Source: Phycisphaerae bacterium | GTDB lineage: Bacteria > Planctomycetota > Phycisphaerae > UBA1845 > Fen-1342 | Reading direction: 5' to 3' | DNA: 64,000 bases | Assembly: GCA_050115495.1 (NCBI GenBank) | Contig: JASFQK010000002.1 | Coordinates: 1-64,000, forward strand | The notes under the pieces: model-generated | What the model was told of the DNA's origin: nothing | Databases searched by the model: none | What the model saw: only the letters and a program-made list of their open reading frames with translations | Shown: piece after piece, positions 1 to 9,619 of the stretch | How the letters are laid out: each line of letters starts with the position of its first letter | Position numbering within the stretch: position 1 is the stretch's first letter | Made by a program: the position numbers and the translations under genes

Positions 1-38
1 CCCATACGATACGTCTGTGTTCATCCGTGAACATCGGC

Positions 39-91
39 GAGTCCTCCTGACTAAGTCTTGCTCAATAACCAACTTAGATCAGCGAGGACTC
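39..91. repeat. Imperfect 18-bp inverted repeat (GAGTCCTC-CTGA-CTAAGT N15 ACTTAG-a-TCAG-c-GAGGACTC)
   Basis: Arms read directly from the sequence; two extrahelical bases on the right arm; AT-rich 15-nt loop. Confidence 0.7.
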
Positions 92-121
92 TATTCTGTC
101 AAGACCAAGGTTAGTACCATT

Positions 122-219
122 GGGCTCTGCCCGCCGCGGCGTTCTGTGTGAAACAGCGCTTGACGCGAACCCGGCGTTCTCCCGGCAGCGGGACGATCGG
201 CGGGCAGAGCCCGCCCTAC
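122..219. repeat. Inverted pair of GTAG-type REP-like elements (REPIN/BIME-like)
   Basis: GGGCTCTGCCCGCCG (122-136) is a perfect inverted repeat of 198-212; 198-219 is the reverse complement of GTAGGGCGGGCTCTGCCCGCCG. Confidence 0.65.
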
Positions 220-287
220 GGCGAGGTTACGGGACGTAAGTGGCGACGGTGCACGCGGTTGTGTTGCCCGGCGGGTGTGCGAACCGG

Positions 288-1397
288 CTAACGCTTGAGG
301 CGCTCCACGATCCAGTCGCCGAGCGGGCCGAGCCCTTCGCCGCGGAGCGAGCTTACGCTCCAGACGGGGCGTTCATCGGCCAGGGAGTCGCGGAGTTGGC
401 GGATGGTCACGTCAGAGCCGGTGAGGTCGGCCTTATTCACGACAAATCCGCTCGCAATCTCGACCACGCCGGCCTTGCTGAACTGGATCGAGTCGCCGGC
501 TCCGGGCATGACCAGGAGCAGGACCTCGTCCGCGAGATTCCGCACGTCCGTGTCGTTTTGCCCAGCGCCGACCGTCTCGACGAGGATAACCTGGTAGCCG
601 GCGGCGGCGAGGAGGCGGGCGATTTCGCCCGCATGCGGCGCGAGACCGCCACTCTGACCCGACGAGGCGAGCGAGCGGACGAACAGACGATCTTCCGGCT
701 CGCTGGACATCATACGCAGGCGGTCGCCGAGGACGGAGCCGCCCGTGAGGGGGCTGGTCGGGTCGACGGCGATGACGGCGGCGCGGAGGTCGCGGGTGAG
801 GAGGCTGCGGGCGAGCTTGCCGATGAAGGTGCTCTTGCCGACGCCGGGCGAGCCCGTAACGCCAATGACGACAGATGGTTGCGTTGCCTTGGGCAGGCTG
901 GGCAGCTCCTGGCCGCGACCCTCGACGAGCCAGGTAATGGCTCGGGCGAGCCCGGGAGCGGTGCCGACGTCCGGCGGACCGCCGGCCCGTACACGCTCCC
1001 GACGGCGGGCGGCGAGGGCGCGCACGGCCTCGATGATGTCGTTCATGGGCGTGCCGGGGTTGAACACGCCTTCGATGCCCTGCTTGAGCAGGGCCTGGCC
1101 GTCCTCGGCAGGGATGATGCCGCCGACGACCACCGGCAGGTCGGTCAGGCCGGCGTCGTTACAAAGTCGTCGGACCTCCGGCATGATGGTCATATGGGCG
1201 GCGGAGAGCAGGCTGACGCCCAGAACGTCGACGTCTTCCTGGAGGGCGGCCAGGACGGTCGAGACGGGCGTCTGCCAGAGTCCGGTGTAGATGACCTCCA
1301 TGCCGGCGTCGCGGAGGTTGCGGACGATCAACTTGGCTCCGCGATCGTGTCCGTCGAGTCCGATCTTGGAGATGAGCACGCGCACGGGGCGATCCAT
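288..1397 (-). CDS. Cobalamin-binding (acyl-CoA mutase small subunit) domain fused to a MeaB/ArgK G-protein chaperone
   Basis: LDGHDRG (DxHxxG) B12 motif at the N-terminus; GSPGVGKS P-loop, DPTSP, ETVGAGQ and NKAD GTPase motifs. Confidence 0.85.
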   Translation of the reverse strand: MDRPVRVLISKIGLDGHDRGAKLIVRNLRDAGMEVIYTGLWQTPVSTVLAALQEDVDVLGVSLLSAAHMTIMPEVRRLCNDAGLTDLPVVVGGIIPAEDGQALLKQGIEGVFNPGTPMNDIIEAVRALAARRRERVRAGGPPDVGTAPGLARAITWLVEGRGQELPSLPKATQPSVVIGVTGSPGVGKSTFIGKLARSLLTRDLRAAVIAVDPTSPLTGGSVLGDRLRMMSSEPEDRLFVRSLASSGQSGGLAPHAGEIARLLAAAGYQVILVETVGAGQNDTDVRNLADEVLLLVMPGAGDSIQFSKAGVVEIASGFVVNKADLTGSDVTIRQLRDSLADERPVWSVSSLRGEGLGPLGDWIVERLKR

Positions 1398-1469
1398 GGG
1401 TCCTCCACGGCGGGGGGCGTGGTCGGGAACAACGTGGACGAAAGGAGTACTTTACTCGCTGGGGGAGGA

Positions 1470-1498
1470 TTGACAAGCCGCGCCGGCCTGCCCAGACT
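1470..1498 (+). promoter_or_regulatory. sigma70-like promoter for coaE-rho
   Basis: TTGACA-N17-CAGACT in the divergent intergenic region. Confidence 0.5.
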
Positions 1499-1639
1499 GG
1501 CTCGCTGTCTCAGCCGCAGGCGCCCCGGGACCGGTCGGCTCAGCCGCCGCGTCCTGGTGGCCGCCGGGGTGATCCAGGACGATAGCCCGCCAGGGTTCTG
1601 GATGACGTTCCCCGCTGGTTGCCGGTTCGGACTGGTGGT

Positions 1640-2263
1640 ATGGCCCGTAAAAAGCCGATCATAGGGTTGTGTGGCGGCATCGGGGCGGGGAAGTCCCGGG
1701 TCGCTGCCGAGTTTGAACAACTCGGCTGCCTGGTACTCGATTCGGACCGTCTGAACCACGAGGTGCTGCGACGACCGGAGGTTCTGGCGGAGCTGCGCGA
1801 GTGGTGGGGACCACAGGTGGTGACGGCGGAAGGCACGCCGGACCGAGAGCAGATTGCCGCGCTGATCTTCGCAGATGATGGGAAACGGCGGCGTTTGCAG
1901 GGGCTGGTTTACCCCTTGATTGCCGAGTTACGAGCGACTAAGATACTTGCGGCAAACAGAGACCCAGCGGTCAAGGCCATCATCCTCGACTCCCCGCTTC
2001 TGTTTGAAAGCAACCTCGATCGCGAATGTGATACGGTTGTCTTTGTTGACGCCGGTCTGGCATGCAGGTTGCTTCGTCTCGCTGAGGGGCGCGGTTGGAG
2101 CGAGGAGAAGCTGCAAGAGCGGGAGCGGTGGCACCTGCTGCTGGCCGACAAGCGTGAGCGGTCGGAGTACGTCATCGACAACGAAGGTCCCCCGGGGCGT
2201 CTACGACCGCAAGTGACCGACATTCTTGACAAAATCGTACTGAAGCACGCCTCTGACGACTAA
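1640..2263 (+). CDS. coaE: Dephospho-CoA kinase
   Basis: [13 protein letters not shown]-loop, [14 protein letters not shown]. Confidence 0.92.
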   Translation: MARKKPIIGLCGGIGAGKSRVAAEFEQLGCLVLDSDRLNHEVLRRPEVLAELREWWGPQVVTAEGTPDREQIAALIFADDGKRRRLQGLVYPLIAELRATKILAANRDPAVKAIILDSPLLFESNLDRECDTVVFVDAGLACRLLRLAEGRGWSEEKLQERERWHLLLADKRERSEYVIDNEGPPGRLRPQVTDILDKIVLKHASDD

Positions 2264-2345
2264 GAGGCATCGTCCGACGCGAAGCTTGGCGCCGCTGTTT
2301 GCGGTCGCCAGCACAGCGCAAGTCCCTGTTCCGGAGCGTATTCCC

Positions 2346-3917
2346 ATGGCAAAGGCAACGACTCGTTCCCGCGGCAAGAAGAAGCTCGAAGACGTCATCG
2401 AGAGCATCTCCGATGACGGCGCGAGCGCGCCGGTAGCGGCCGCGGGACCCGACACCAAGGCAGACAGCACGGCTGACGAGCCTGCGGTGAGCGAGTCGGC
2501 CGAGACCACGGCCGTCGCCGAAGCTGCGCCCGACCAGGGTGCCCGCAAGGGCTCCTCCGGTGGCGACGACAAGGGCAAGGGCCGCTCGAAGCGTCGCGAT
2601 AACGATGGCGGCGGCGCTATCGACAAGGAGACGCACGAGAAGTACGAGCGCGTCAAGCGCGGCGAATTGCACATCACCGACTTGCAGAAGATGTCCGTCG
2701 CCGAGCTGCACGAAGTGGCCAAGAACGAGGGCATCGAGGACTACGTCGGTCTGCCCAAGCAGGACCTGATCTTCCAGATCCTCAAGCGGCGCATCAGCCA
2801 GAACGGCCTGCTCTACGGCGAGGGCGTGCTCGAAATCCTGCCGGACGGCTTCGGCTTCCTGCGCAGCCCGGAATACAACTATTTACCTTGCCCGGACGAC
2901 ATCTACGTGAGTCCGTCACAAATCCGCCGCTTTGGCCTGCGGAACGGGCACGTGGTCGCGGGGCAGATTCGTCCGCCGAAGGAGTCGGAGCGTTACTTCG
3001 CGCTGCTGCGGGTGGAGGCGATCAACTACCAGAGCCCGGAGATCGTCACGGAGAAGACGAACTTCGAGGACCTGACGCCGCTGCACCCGGATCGCCGCGT
3101 GTTCCTGGAGACGGTGCCGCGCGAGATGAACATGCGCATCGTTGACCTGGTCACGCCGATCGGCTTCGGCCAGCGCATGCTGATCGTCGCTCCGCCGCGT
3201 ACGGGCAAGACGGTCCTGCTCCAAAAGATGGCCAACGCCATCTCGAACAACCATCCCGACGCCTACGTCATCATCCTGCTGATCGACGAGCGTCCGGAGG
3301 AAGTGACCGAGATGCAGCGGGCCACCAAGGCCGAGGTCATCAGCTCGACGTTCGACGAGCCGGCCAGCCGCCACGTGCAGGTCGCCGACATGGTCATCGA
3401 GAAGGCCCGCCGTCTGGTCGAGTACGGCCGCGACGTGGTCATCCTGCTCGACTCGATCACGCGTTTGGCCCGGGCGCACAACACCGAAGTGCCGCACTCG
3501 GGCAAGATCCTCACCGGTGGCGTCGACGCCAACGCCCTGCAGAAGCCGAAGCGCTTCTTCGGTGCTGCCCGCAACATCGAGGAAGGCGGCAGCCTGACCA
3601 TCATCGGCACGGCCCTGGTCGACACCGGCAGCAAGATGGACGAGGTCATCTTCGAGGAGTTTAAGGGCACGGGTAATTCCGAGCTCCACCTCGACCGCCG
3701 CCTCGTCGACAAGCGCATCTGGCCGGCGATCAACATCTCGGCCAGCGGCACGCGTAAGGAAGAGCTGCTGCTCGACCCGCAGGAATTGGAGAAGGTCTAC
3801 ATGCTCCGCCGGGTGCTCAGCGACATGAACCCGGTTGAGTCGGTCGAGCTGCTCCGCGGTCGGTTGGAGAAGACGGAGAAGAACGCCGTCTTCCTCATGA
3901 CCATGAATCTGGCCTGA
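2346..3917 (+). CDS. rho: Transcription termination factor Rho with an acidic/low-complexity N-terminal extension
   Basis: [46 protein letters not shown]. Confidence 0.98.
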   Translation: MAKATTRSRGKKKLEDVIESISDDGASAPVAAAGPDTKADSTADEPAVSESAETTAVAEAAPDQGARKGSSGGDDKGKGRSKRRDNDGGGAIDKETHEKYERVKRGELHITDLQKMSVAELHEVAKNEGIEDYVGLPKQDLIFQILKRRISQNGLLYGEGVLEILPDGFGFLRSPEYNYLPCPDDIYVSPSQIRRFGLRNGHVVAGQIRPPKESERYFALLRVEAINYQSPEIVTEKTNFEDLTPLHPDRRVFLETVPREMNMRIVDLVTPIGFGQRMLIVAPPRTGKTVLLQKMANAISNNHPDAYVIILLIDERPEEVTEMQRATKAEVISSTFDEPASRHVQVADMVIEKARRLVEYGRDVVILLDSITRLARAHNTEVPHSGKILTGGVDANALQKPKRFFGAARNIEEGGSLTIIGTALVDTGSKMDEVIFEEFKGTGNSELHLDRRLVDKRIWPAINISASGTRKEELLLDPQELEKVYMLRRVLSDMNPVESVELLRGRLEKTEKNAVFLMTMNLA

Positions 3918-3945
3918 TCGCGGGTCATTCCCCCCGACACGCACC

Positions 3946-5088
3946 TCAGAGAAAGTCCGCGATGACGCGGTCGGCGATCAGCCGACCGCGGCGCGTCAGG
4001 TGGACCGCCTCGGGTGTGACTTCCAGCAGACCATCCGCCGCATGCCGGTCGACCGCTTTGCGGAAGTGGTCCACCGGGTCGCGGCCGAAGCGCTCGGTGA
4101 AGCGCCGGCGGTCGAGCCCTGCGCAGAGCCGCAGGGCGAGCATCGCCGTCTCGCCGGCTTGGCTGGCGGCGTCCAGGCGCTCCTCGTTGTCACGCGGTGA
4201 ACGGCCGGCGCTAACGGCCTGAGTGTAGGCGTCGACGTCGGCGACGTTCTGATAGCGGACGCCGTCGACGTAGCCCGCCGCCGCCGGCCCGATGCCCAGG
4301 TAGGGCTCGTTGTGCCAGTAGACGAGGTTGTGGCGGCAGGCGGCGCCGGGGCGGGCGAAGTTGCTGATCTCATACTGCTCGTAGCCGGCGGCGGCGAGGT
4401 CGTCGATGGCCTGCTCGTACATGTCGGCTTCGAGATCGGGGTCGACCGGCTGGACCTGCCCGGCGTCGCGCTGGTCGTGAAGGGGCGTGCCGGGTTCGTA
4501 GGTCAGGCCGTAGCAGGAGAGGTGCTCGGGGCTGAGTTCCACCACCTGTCTCAGGCTGTCTCGCCAGGAGCCCAGCGTCTGGCCGGGGATGCCGAAGATG
4601 AGGTCGAGGCTGAGGTGATCCAGGCCGGCGGCGCGGCAGACGGCCACGGTCTGGGCGACCTGCTCCGGGGTGTGCGTGCGTTGAAGCGTGAGGAGTTCAC
4701 GCGGCTGGAACGATTGGGCGCCGAGCGAGACGCGGTTCACGCTGGCGGCGGCCAGGACGGCGGCTGTGCCCGGGCTGACGGTGGCGGGGTTGGCTTCGAC
4801 GGTGAACTCGCGGTCCGCGGCAGGGGCCGCCAGCCGGGCGCAGGCGTCCAGCAGCCGGCGGAGCAGCGGCTCCGGCAGGACCGTGGGCGTGCCGCCGCCG
4901 ACAAAGATGGTGTCGAAACGCGGCTGGAGGGCCCGGGCGGCCCGGTCGAGCTCGTCGAGCAGGGCGACGACGAGGGATTCGAGGCGGCCGGGTTCAGCCA
5001 CAACGGAGTAGAAGTCGCAGTAACCGCAGAGCGTGCGGCAGAAGGGCACGTGGACGTACAGGGCTCGGATGGACGGAGGCGTTGTCAT
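3946..5088 (-). CDS. hemW: Radical SAM heme chaperone HemW (HemN-like)
   Basis: YVHVPFCxxxCGYCDF, GGGTPT, YEISNFA, CRHNLVYW. Confidence 0.9.
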   Translation of the reverse strand: MTTPPSIRALYVHVPFCRTLCGYCDFYSVVAEPGRLESLVVALLDELDRAARALQPRFDTIFVGGGTPTVLPEPLLRRLLDACARLAAPAADREFTVEANPATVSPGTAAVLAAASVNRVSLGAQSFQPRELLTLQRTHTPEQVAQTVAVCRAAGLDHLSLDLIFGIPGQTLGSWRDSLRQVVELSPEHLSCYGLTYEPGTPLHDQRDAGQVQPVDPDLEADMYEQAIDDLAAAGYEQYEISNFARPGAACRHNLVYWHNEPYLGIGPAAAGYVDGVRYQNVADVDAYTQAVSAGRSPRDNEERLDAASQAGETAMLALRLCAGLDRRRFTERFGRDPVDHFRKAVDRHAADGLLEVTPEAVHLTRRGRLIADRVIADFL

Positions 5089-5226
5089 CTGCGCTCACTT
5101 CGTTTAGCATAGGTGATGCGCACTAGCGCATGGCGATTGTAGCTCGGAACCTGCGGCGCCGGGATCAACCCCGGGGAGACCGGGCGGAGAGTGAATCGGC
5201 GGGTACCCGCCCAGAGGGCAGTGGGC

Positions 5227-5697
5227 ATGAAAGTCGTCCTGGTCAGGTTCAGAAGCGGCGAGCGTCGGGAATTCACGCTCAGCGGCGAAACGACGATGCT
5301 CGGGCGCAGGCCCGACAGCACGCTGCGCGTGGCGTCCAGCGACGTTTCCCGCCAGCATTGCCAGATCGTGGTCAAGGACGGCGCTGTCCTCGTCAAGGAT
5401 CTCGGCAGCTCGAACGGCACGTTCGTGAACGGCCAGCGGGTGGCGGAGAAGGCCCTGAGCCCCGGCGACCGGCTGACGGTCGGGCCGGTGGTGTTCATCG
5501 TGCAGATCGACGGCGAGCCGGCCGAGATCAAGCCGACCGACGCCGAGGTCGAGGCTGCTGCGGCGGCCCCGTCGGGCCCCTCCTTCTCGCTGGACGACGA
5601 CGAAGGCGAGGTCTTCGAGTTGGGCGAGGGGGATTTCGATATCGACGAGGCCATCTCCTCGCTCGACGAGTTGGACGAGGACAAGGACCTTCCGTAG
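5227..5697 (+). CDS. FHA domain protein with acidic C-terminal tail
   Basis: LGRR, VSRQHC and DLGSSNGTFVNG FHA motifs; D/E-rich tail. Confidence 0.9.
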   Translation: MKVVLVRFRSGERREFTLSGETTMLGRRPDSTLRVASSDVSRQHCQIVVKDGAVLVKDLGSSNGTFVNGQRVAEKALSPGDRLTVGPVVFIVQIDGEPAEIKPTDAEVEAAAAAPSGPSFSLDDDEGEVFELGEGDFDIDEAISSLDELDEDKDLP

Positions 5698-5776
5698 GGC
5701 CACGGCCACGTTCTGTGGGGGCGGCCGCCGCCTCGTGGCCCGCAGGCATCGTGTGTAAACGGTGGGACGGCGGTTG

Positions 5777-6457
5777 ATGTCTGGGCGATTGTTCACCTGG
5801 TTACGGCGCCGCTACTTACGCACCTGGGGGATCATCAGCCTTATTACCACTCTGTTGGTGATCGTGTTCGTGGTCGGGGCGGTCACGTGCCGGCCAAGCT
5901 GGTACGTTCCGGCGACCGTGGACCCGGTTCGGCTGAAGGCCGATAAACAGGAACTGGTCACGCTCGTCGACGGCATCGGGGATGCCCTAAACGCCGGCCA
6001 GCCCTTCCGCTGCGAATTGGACGAGGCCCAGTTCAACCGCTGGCTCGCGGCCCGCGACGAAATCTGGCCGGTCGTGGGCGTCGAGTTTGAGATCGAGGGG
6101 GCCAGTTTTCCCCAGGTGCAGTTCCTCGACGGCGACTGCGTGCGGATCGGCGCCACCTCGACGCGCAGTCCGCTTTCCGTCGTCGTGTCGCTGACGCTGC
6201 GGCTGGAGGTGACCGAGGAGAACCTGCTGCTCCACATGGAGGCGGTCCGGGCGGGCTCGCTGCCCATCCCCCGGTCGCTCGTCGCCCGGGCACTGCAGAC
6301 CCAGGAAGGCGCGCTGGACATGATGGACGGGACGACCATTCGGCTGCCGAACGATGCGGTCTGGCCGAACGGCGAGCGCCGGTTCCGTATCGACAGCCTC
6401 GAGATATCGGCCGGCCGGGCGAGCTTCGTTCTGACCCCGCTGGGTTACGGTCCGTGA
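5777..6457 (+). CDS. Membrane-anchored hypothetical protein
   Basis: N-terminal hydrophobic helix followed by a beta-rich domain; host-like codon usage. Confidence 0.65.
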   Translation: MSGRLFTWLRRRYLRTWGIISLITTLLVIVFVVGAVTCRPSWYVPATVDPVRLKADKQELVTLVDGIGDALNAGQPFRCELDEAQFNRWLAARDEIWPVVGVEFEIEGASFPQVQFLDGDCVRIGATSTRSPLSVVVSLTLRLEVTEENLLLHMEAVRAGSLPIPRSLVARALQTQEGALDMMDGTTIRLPNDAVWPNGERRFRIDSLEISAGRASFVLTPLGYGP

Positions 6458-6627
6458 CGCACCCCGGGCGGCTCTCGACAAAGACCCGACACTGGCGTAA
6501 TCTCGGCCCGGGCGTCGTGTTTGCCCGTGCGGCCGTGAGCGTGGCGTGGGCTGGGATGGCCCGCTGCACCGCCTCGTGCTGCCACCGCTGAACATGCGCC
6601 GTGCAGACGTGACACCGGGGTACGGTC

Positions 6628-7563
6628 GTGAAGAACGCGGAGAAGGCGCTGACCGAGCGGATCAGGGAGCTGCGCCGCCGGCATTTCGGTCCGCGCGGCA
6701 AGGCTGAGTTCGCTCGCCGCCTGGGCATCCCGGAGGAGGAGTACGCCCGCTACGAACGCGGCACGCTACCCCCCGGCGAAACCCTCATCCGTATATGCGA
6801 GGCGACCGGCGAAGACCTGCAATGGCTTCTCACCGGCGTCGCCGCCCGCGGCACCGTCGTCATCTCCCAGGCTCGCACGCGCCACCAGGAGCTGCTGGCC
6901 CGGCTGGCCTGCCTGCTCGACCAGGACCCCACGCTCGCCGCCCCGATCGAATCCTTCGTCGACCTGCTGGCTCAGGGCCGCCAGGCCGAGGGCCGCGTTG
7001 CGGCCATGCTCCCGGCGCCGCCGACGGATGCACTGATCCCCATCTTCGAAGCCCACGAACTGCCCGCACGGATCGACGGTCTCGACGGACCCGAGCCGGC
7101 GGGAGGGTTCCCGCTTGTGCTGACGACCCGGGCGCTGGCCGGCGCTGTGCGCGCCGCGGCTCGCGTCGTCGAGCCGGCCGCCCAGTATCACGATGGTGAC
7201 TTCCGCCCGGTGGAGCTGGTGACGCTCGCGCCGGAGGCGGGTCAGCCGCGGCTGTGCCTGCACAGCGTCGAGTTGGCGCAGTGCTTCCCGCGGATGTTCG
7301 GCGTGCGGCTGCGGGACCGGTCGATGGAGCCGATGTTCCAGGAAGGCGACATCGCCCTGGTGACGCCGGGCAGCAAGCCACAGGTCGGTTGTCCGGCGGT
7401 CAGCCGCCTGGTCGAGCCCGGCGCGGCCCGTTGCCGCATCTGGCTCGGCGAAGATGAGGATGGTGTTCGCCTTGGCCGGTTGGCCGATGGCGAGGCGGAA
7501 CACCTGCGGCGAGGCAACGTCTGCTGGTCGCTGAACGTGTTGTATCGACTCGCGGCGGCCTGA
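6628..7563 (+). CDS. XRE-family HTH regulator with C-terminal S24 peptidase-like domain
   Basis: ERIRELR..AEFARRLGI..YARYERG..DLQWLLTG HTH; RDRSMEPMFQEGD S24-like motif. Confidence 0.8.
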   Translation: MKNAEKALTERIRELRRRHFGPRGKAEFARRLGIPEEEYARYERGTLPPGETLIRICEATGEDLQWLLTGVAARGTVVISQARTRHQELLARLACLLDQDPTLAAPIESFVDLLAQGRQAEGRVAAMLPAPPTDALIPIFEAHELPARIDGLDGPEPAGGFPLVLTTRALAGAVRAAARVVEPAAQYHDGDFRPVELVTLAPEAGQPRLCLHSVELAQCFPRMFGVRLRDRSMEPMFQEGDIALVTPGSKPQVGCPAVSRLVEPGAARCRIWLGEDEDGVRLGRLADGEAEHLRRGNVCWSLNVLYRLAAA

Positions 7564-7575
7564 CGGGAGAGCGCG

Positions 7576-8871
7576 GTGCGCGTCGAGCGCCTGGGCCAGG
7601 ATGTGCGGATCAACCCCGGCGGGCCGGTGCACGGTGTGTGCCGGCCGCCCGGCTCGAAGAGCCTGACCAACCGCCACCTCACGTGCGCCGCCCTGGCCGA
7701 CTGGGATACCATTCTGGAGGGGGCGTCCTGCTCGGATGATACGAAGCGAATGATCGCTGGCCTGGAGGCGCTGGGCGTGCCCGTGCACGCCAGCGACGAC
7801 GGCCGGCAGCTCGAGGTCCGCGGGTGCCGGGGGAACCTGCCGGCGACGGGGGCGGAGATCGACGTCGGTCACGCCGGCACGGCCCTGCGTTTCCTGACGG
7901 CGCTGGCGGCACTGGGCTACGGTCGGTTTCGGCTGGATGGCTCGGCGCGGCTACGGCAACGGCCGATCGGACCGCTGGTTGGCGCCCTACAGTCGCTCGG
8001 GGCCGGGATCGGTTACGAGGCAACGCCGGGATGCCCGCCGCTGACGATCGAGGCACGCGGTCTGGCCGGCGGACGGGTGCGGGTGACGGACCCCGAGTCG
8101 AGCCAGTTCATCAGCGCCCTGCTCATGGTGGCGCCCTACGCCGCCCACGACGTCTATCTCACCATCGAGGGCCCGCTGCCCAGCCAGCCGTACGTGGCCA
8201 TGACGACCGACGTCATGCACGCGCTCGGCGTCGAGGTGCTGTCGGCGGAGAGCCGGCGGTACGTCGTGGCCGCGGGGCAGCGCTATCGGGCGGGCACGTT
8301 CGCCATCGAGCCGGACGCCAGCGCCGCCACGTACTTCTGGGCAGCGGCGGCGGTGACGGGCGGGCGCGTGCTCGTGCAGGGGCTTGATCGCGACAGCCGG
8401 CAGGGCGACGTCGGCTTCATCGATGTGTTGGCGCAGATGGGCTGCACGGTGCATGAAGAGGCGGGCGGGCTGGCGGTCGCCGGGCCGGCGCCGGGCGAAC
8501 TGCACGGGATCGATGTTGATCTGAACGCCATGCCGGACACAGTGCAGACGCTGGCCGTCGTGGCCCTGTTCGCCAGAGGGCCGACGACGGTTCGCCGCGT
8601 GGGCAACCTGCGCGTGAAGGAGACCGACCGGCTGGCGGCGTTGACGGAGGAGCTGAGCCGGCTCGGAGCCCGCGTCGAGCAGCAGGACGATGGCCTGACG
8701 ATTCACCCGCCGGCGACGATCACGCCAGCGGCGGTGGCGACGTATGACGATCATCGGATGGCGATGAGCTTCGCCGTGGCGGGGTTGGCCGCGGGGGGGA
8801 TCACCATTCGCGACGCCGACTGCGTGACGAAGAGCTTACCGGGGTTCTTCGAGGCGCTGGCGGGGCTGTAG
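7576..8871 (+). CDS. aroA: 3-phosphoshikimate 1-carboxyvinyltransferase
   Basis: PGSKSLTNR, GHAGTALRFL, SSQFISALL, RVKETDR, DDHRMAM. Confidence 0.97.
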   Translation: MRVERLGQDVRINPGGPVHGVCRPPGSKSLTNRHLTCAALADWDTILEGASCSDDTKRMIAGLEALGVPVHASDDGRQLEVRGCRGNLPATGAEIDVGHAGTALRFLTALAALGYGRFRLDGSARLRQRPIGPLVGALQSLGAGIGYEATPGCPPLTIEARGLAGGRVRVTDPESSQFISALLMVAPYAAHDVYLTIEGPLPSQPYVAMTTDVMHALGVEVLSAESRRYVVAAGQRYRAGTFAIEPDASAATYFWAAAAVTGGRVLVQGLDRDSRQGDVGFIDVLAQMGCTVHEEAGGLAVAGPAPGELHGIDVDLNAMPDTVQTLAVVALFARGPTTVRRVGNLRVKETDRLAALTEELSRLGARVEQQDDGLTIHPPATITPAAVATYDDHRMAMSFAVAGLAAGGITIRDADCVTKSLPGFFEALAGL

Positions 8872-8974
8872 GGCGGGTGGGCGGGTTTCACCCGCCGATT
8901 CGTTCGGGGGCATTCACCGCTATACCAAGGGAGCAGACGAAAGGCGCTCACCGGCCAGTTGGCCGGTGCCACAC
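8868..8974. repeat. REP-like hairpins between convergent aroA and pyrE
   Basis: GTAG...GGCGGGT-TTC-ACCCGCC (8880-8896) and CACCGGCCA-GT-TGGCCGGTG-CCACAC (8949-8974). Confidence 0.45.
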
Positions 8975-9085
8975 CAGCAGGCGGGGGCGGATTGGCAAGT
9001 TACTGGCGCGGCTCAAGCAGCCGGATTACACCAGCAATCGGGCACACGCTGCGCATACACTGGTCGTGGTGTGAGCGGACGGGCG

Positions 9086-9619
9086 TCAGGTCGGCTTTTC
9101 GATGCCCAGATCGGCGGTCGTGAACAGGGCTTCGAAGCGCAGGTCAGCGCCTTCGACCGTGGCCCGGGCGCCTTCCTGGCGGTCGATGGTGGCGATGACC
9201 GCGGTGACGACGGCACCCTCGGCTCGCAACGTCTGGGCGGCCTCGACGGCCTGGCCGCCGGAAGTGGCCACATCTTCGACGAGGAGCACGCGGTCGCCGC
9301 GGTTGAGTTTGCCCTCGATGAGCTTGCCGGTGCCGTAGCCGGCCTTCTTCGCGTTGCGGACGATGACGAACGGCTTGCCCGTTTCGAGCGATGTCGCCGC
9401 CGCCAGGGCGATCGCCCCGAGCTCGGCGCCGGCGATGCGGTCGGTCTTCTCATCGACGAAGCGGGCGAAGCGCCGGGCCAGCTCCTGCAGGATGACGGGC
9501 TGCGTCTCGAAGAGGTACTTGTCCAGGTAGTACTTGCTCTTGAGGCCGCTGCGCAGCGTGAAATCGCCGTGCAGCAGGGCGGTGTCCTTGAGCGCTTGAG
9601 CGAGCTCGGCGTCGGTCAT
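9086..9619 (-). CDS. pyrE: Orotate phosphoribosyltransferase
   Basis: GDFTLRSG..SKYYLDKY, VLLVEDVATSG PRPP-binding motif; start overlaps the upstream stop (ATGA). Confidence 0.93.
   Translation of the reverse strand: MTDAELAQALKDTALLHGDFTLRSGLKSKYYLDKYLFETQPVILQELARRFARFVDEKTDRIAGAELGAIALAAATSLETGKPFVIVRNAKKAGYGTGKLIEGKLNRGDRVLLVEDVATSGGQAVEAAQTLRAEGAVVTAVIATIDRQEGARATVEGADLRFEALFTTADLGIEKPT

Noticed and set aside
39..120. Integron attC site
   Set aside because: A bulged hairpin is present, but canonical RYYYAAC and GTTRRRY ends and a cassette array are absent
1398..1639. Possible cobalamin riboswitch upstream of the B12-binding gene
   Set aside because: No B12-box or AGGGAA..GGTG core seen on the minus strand
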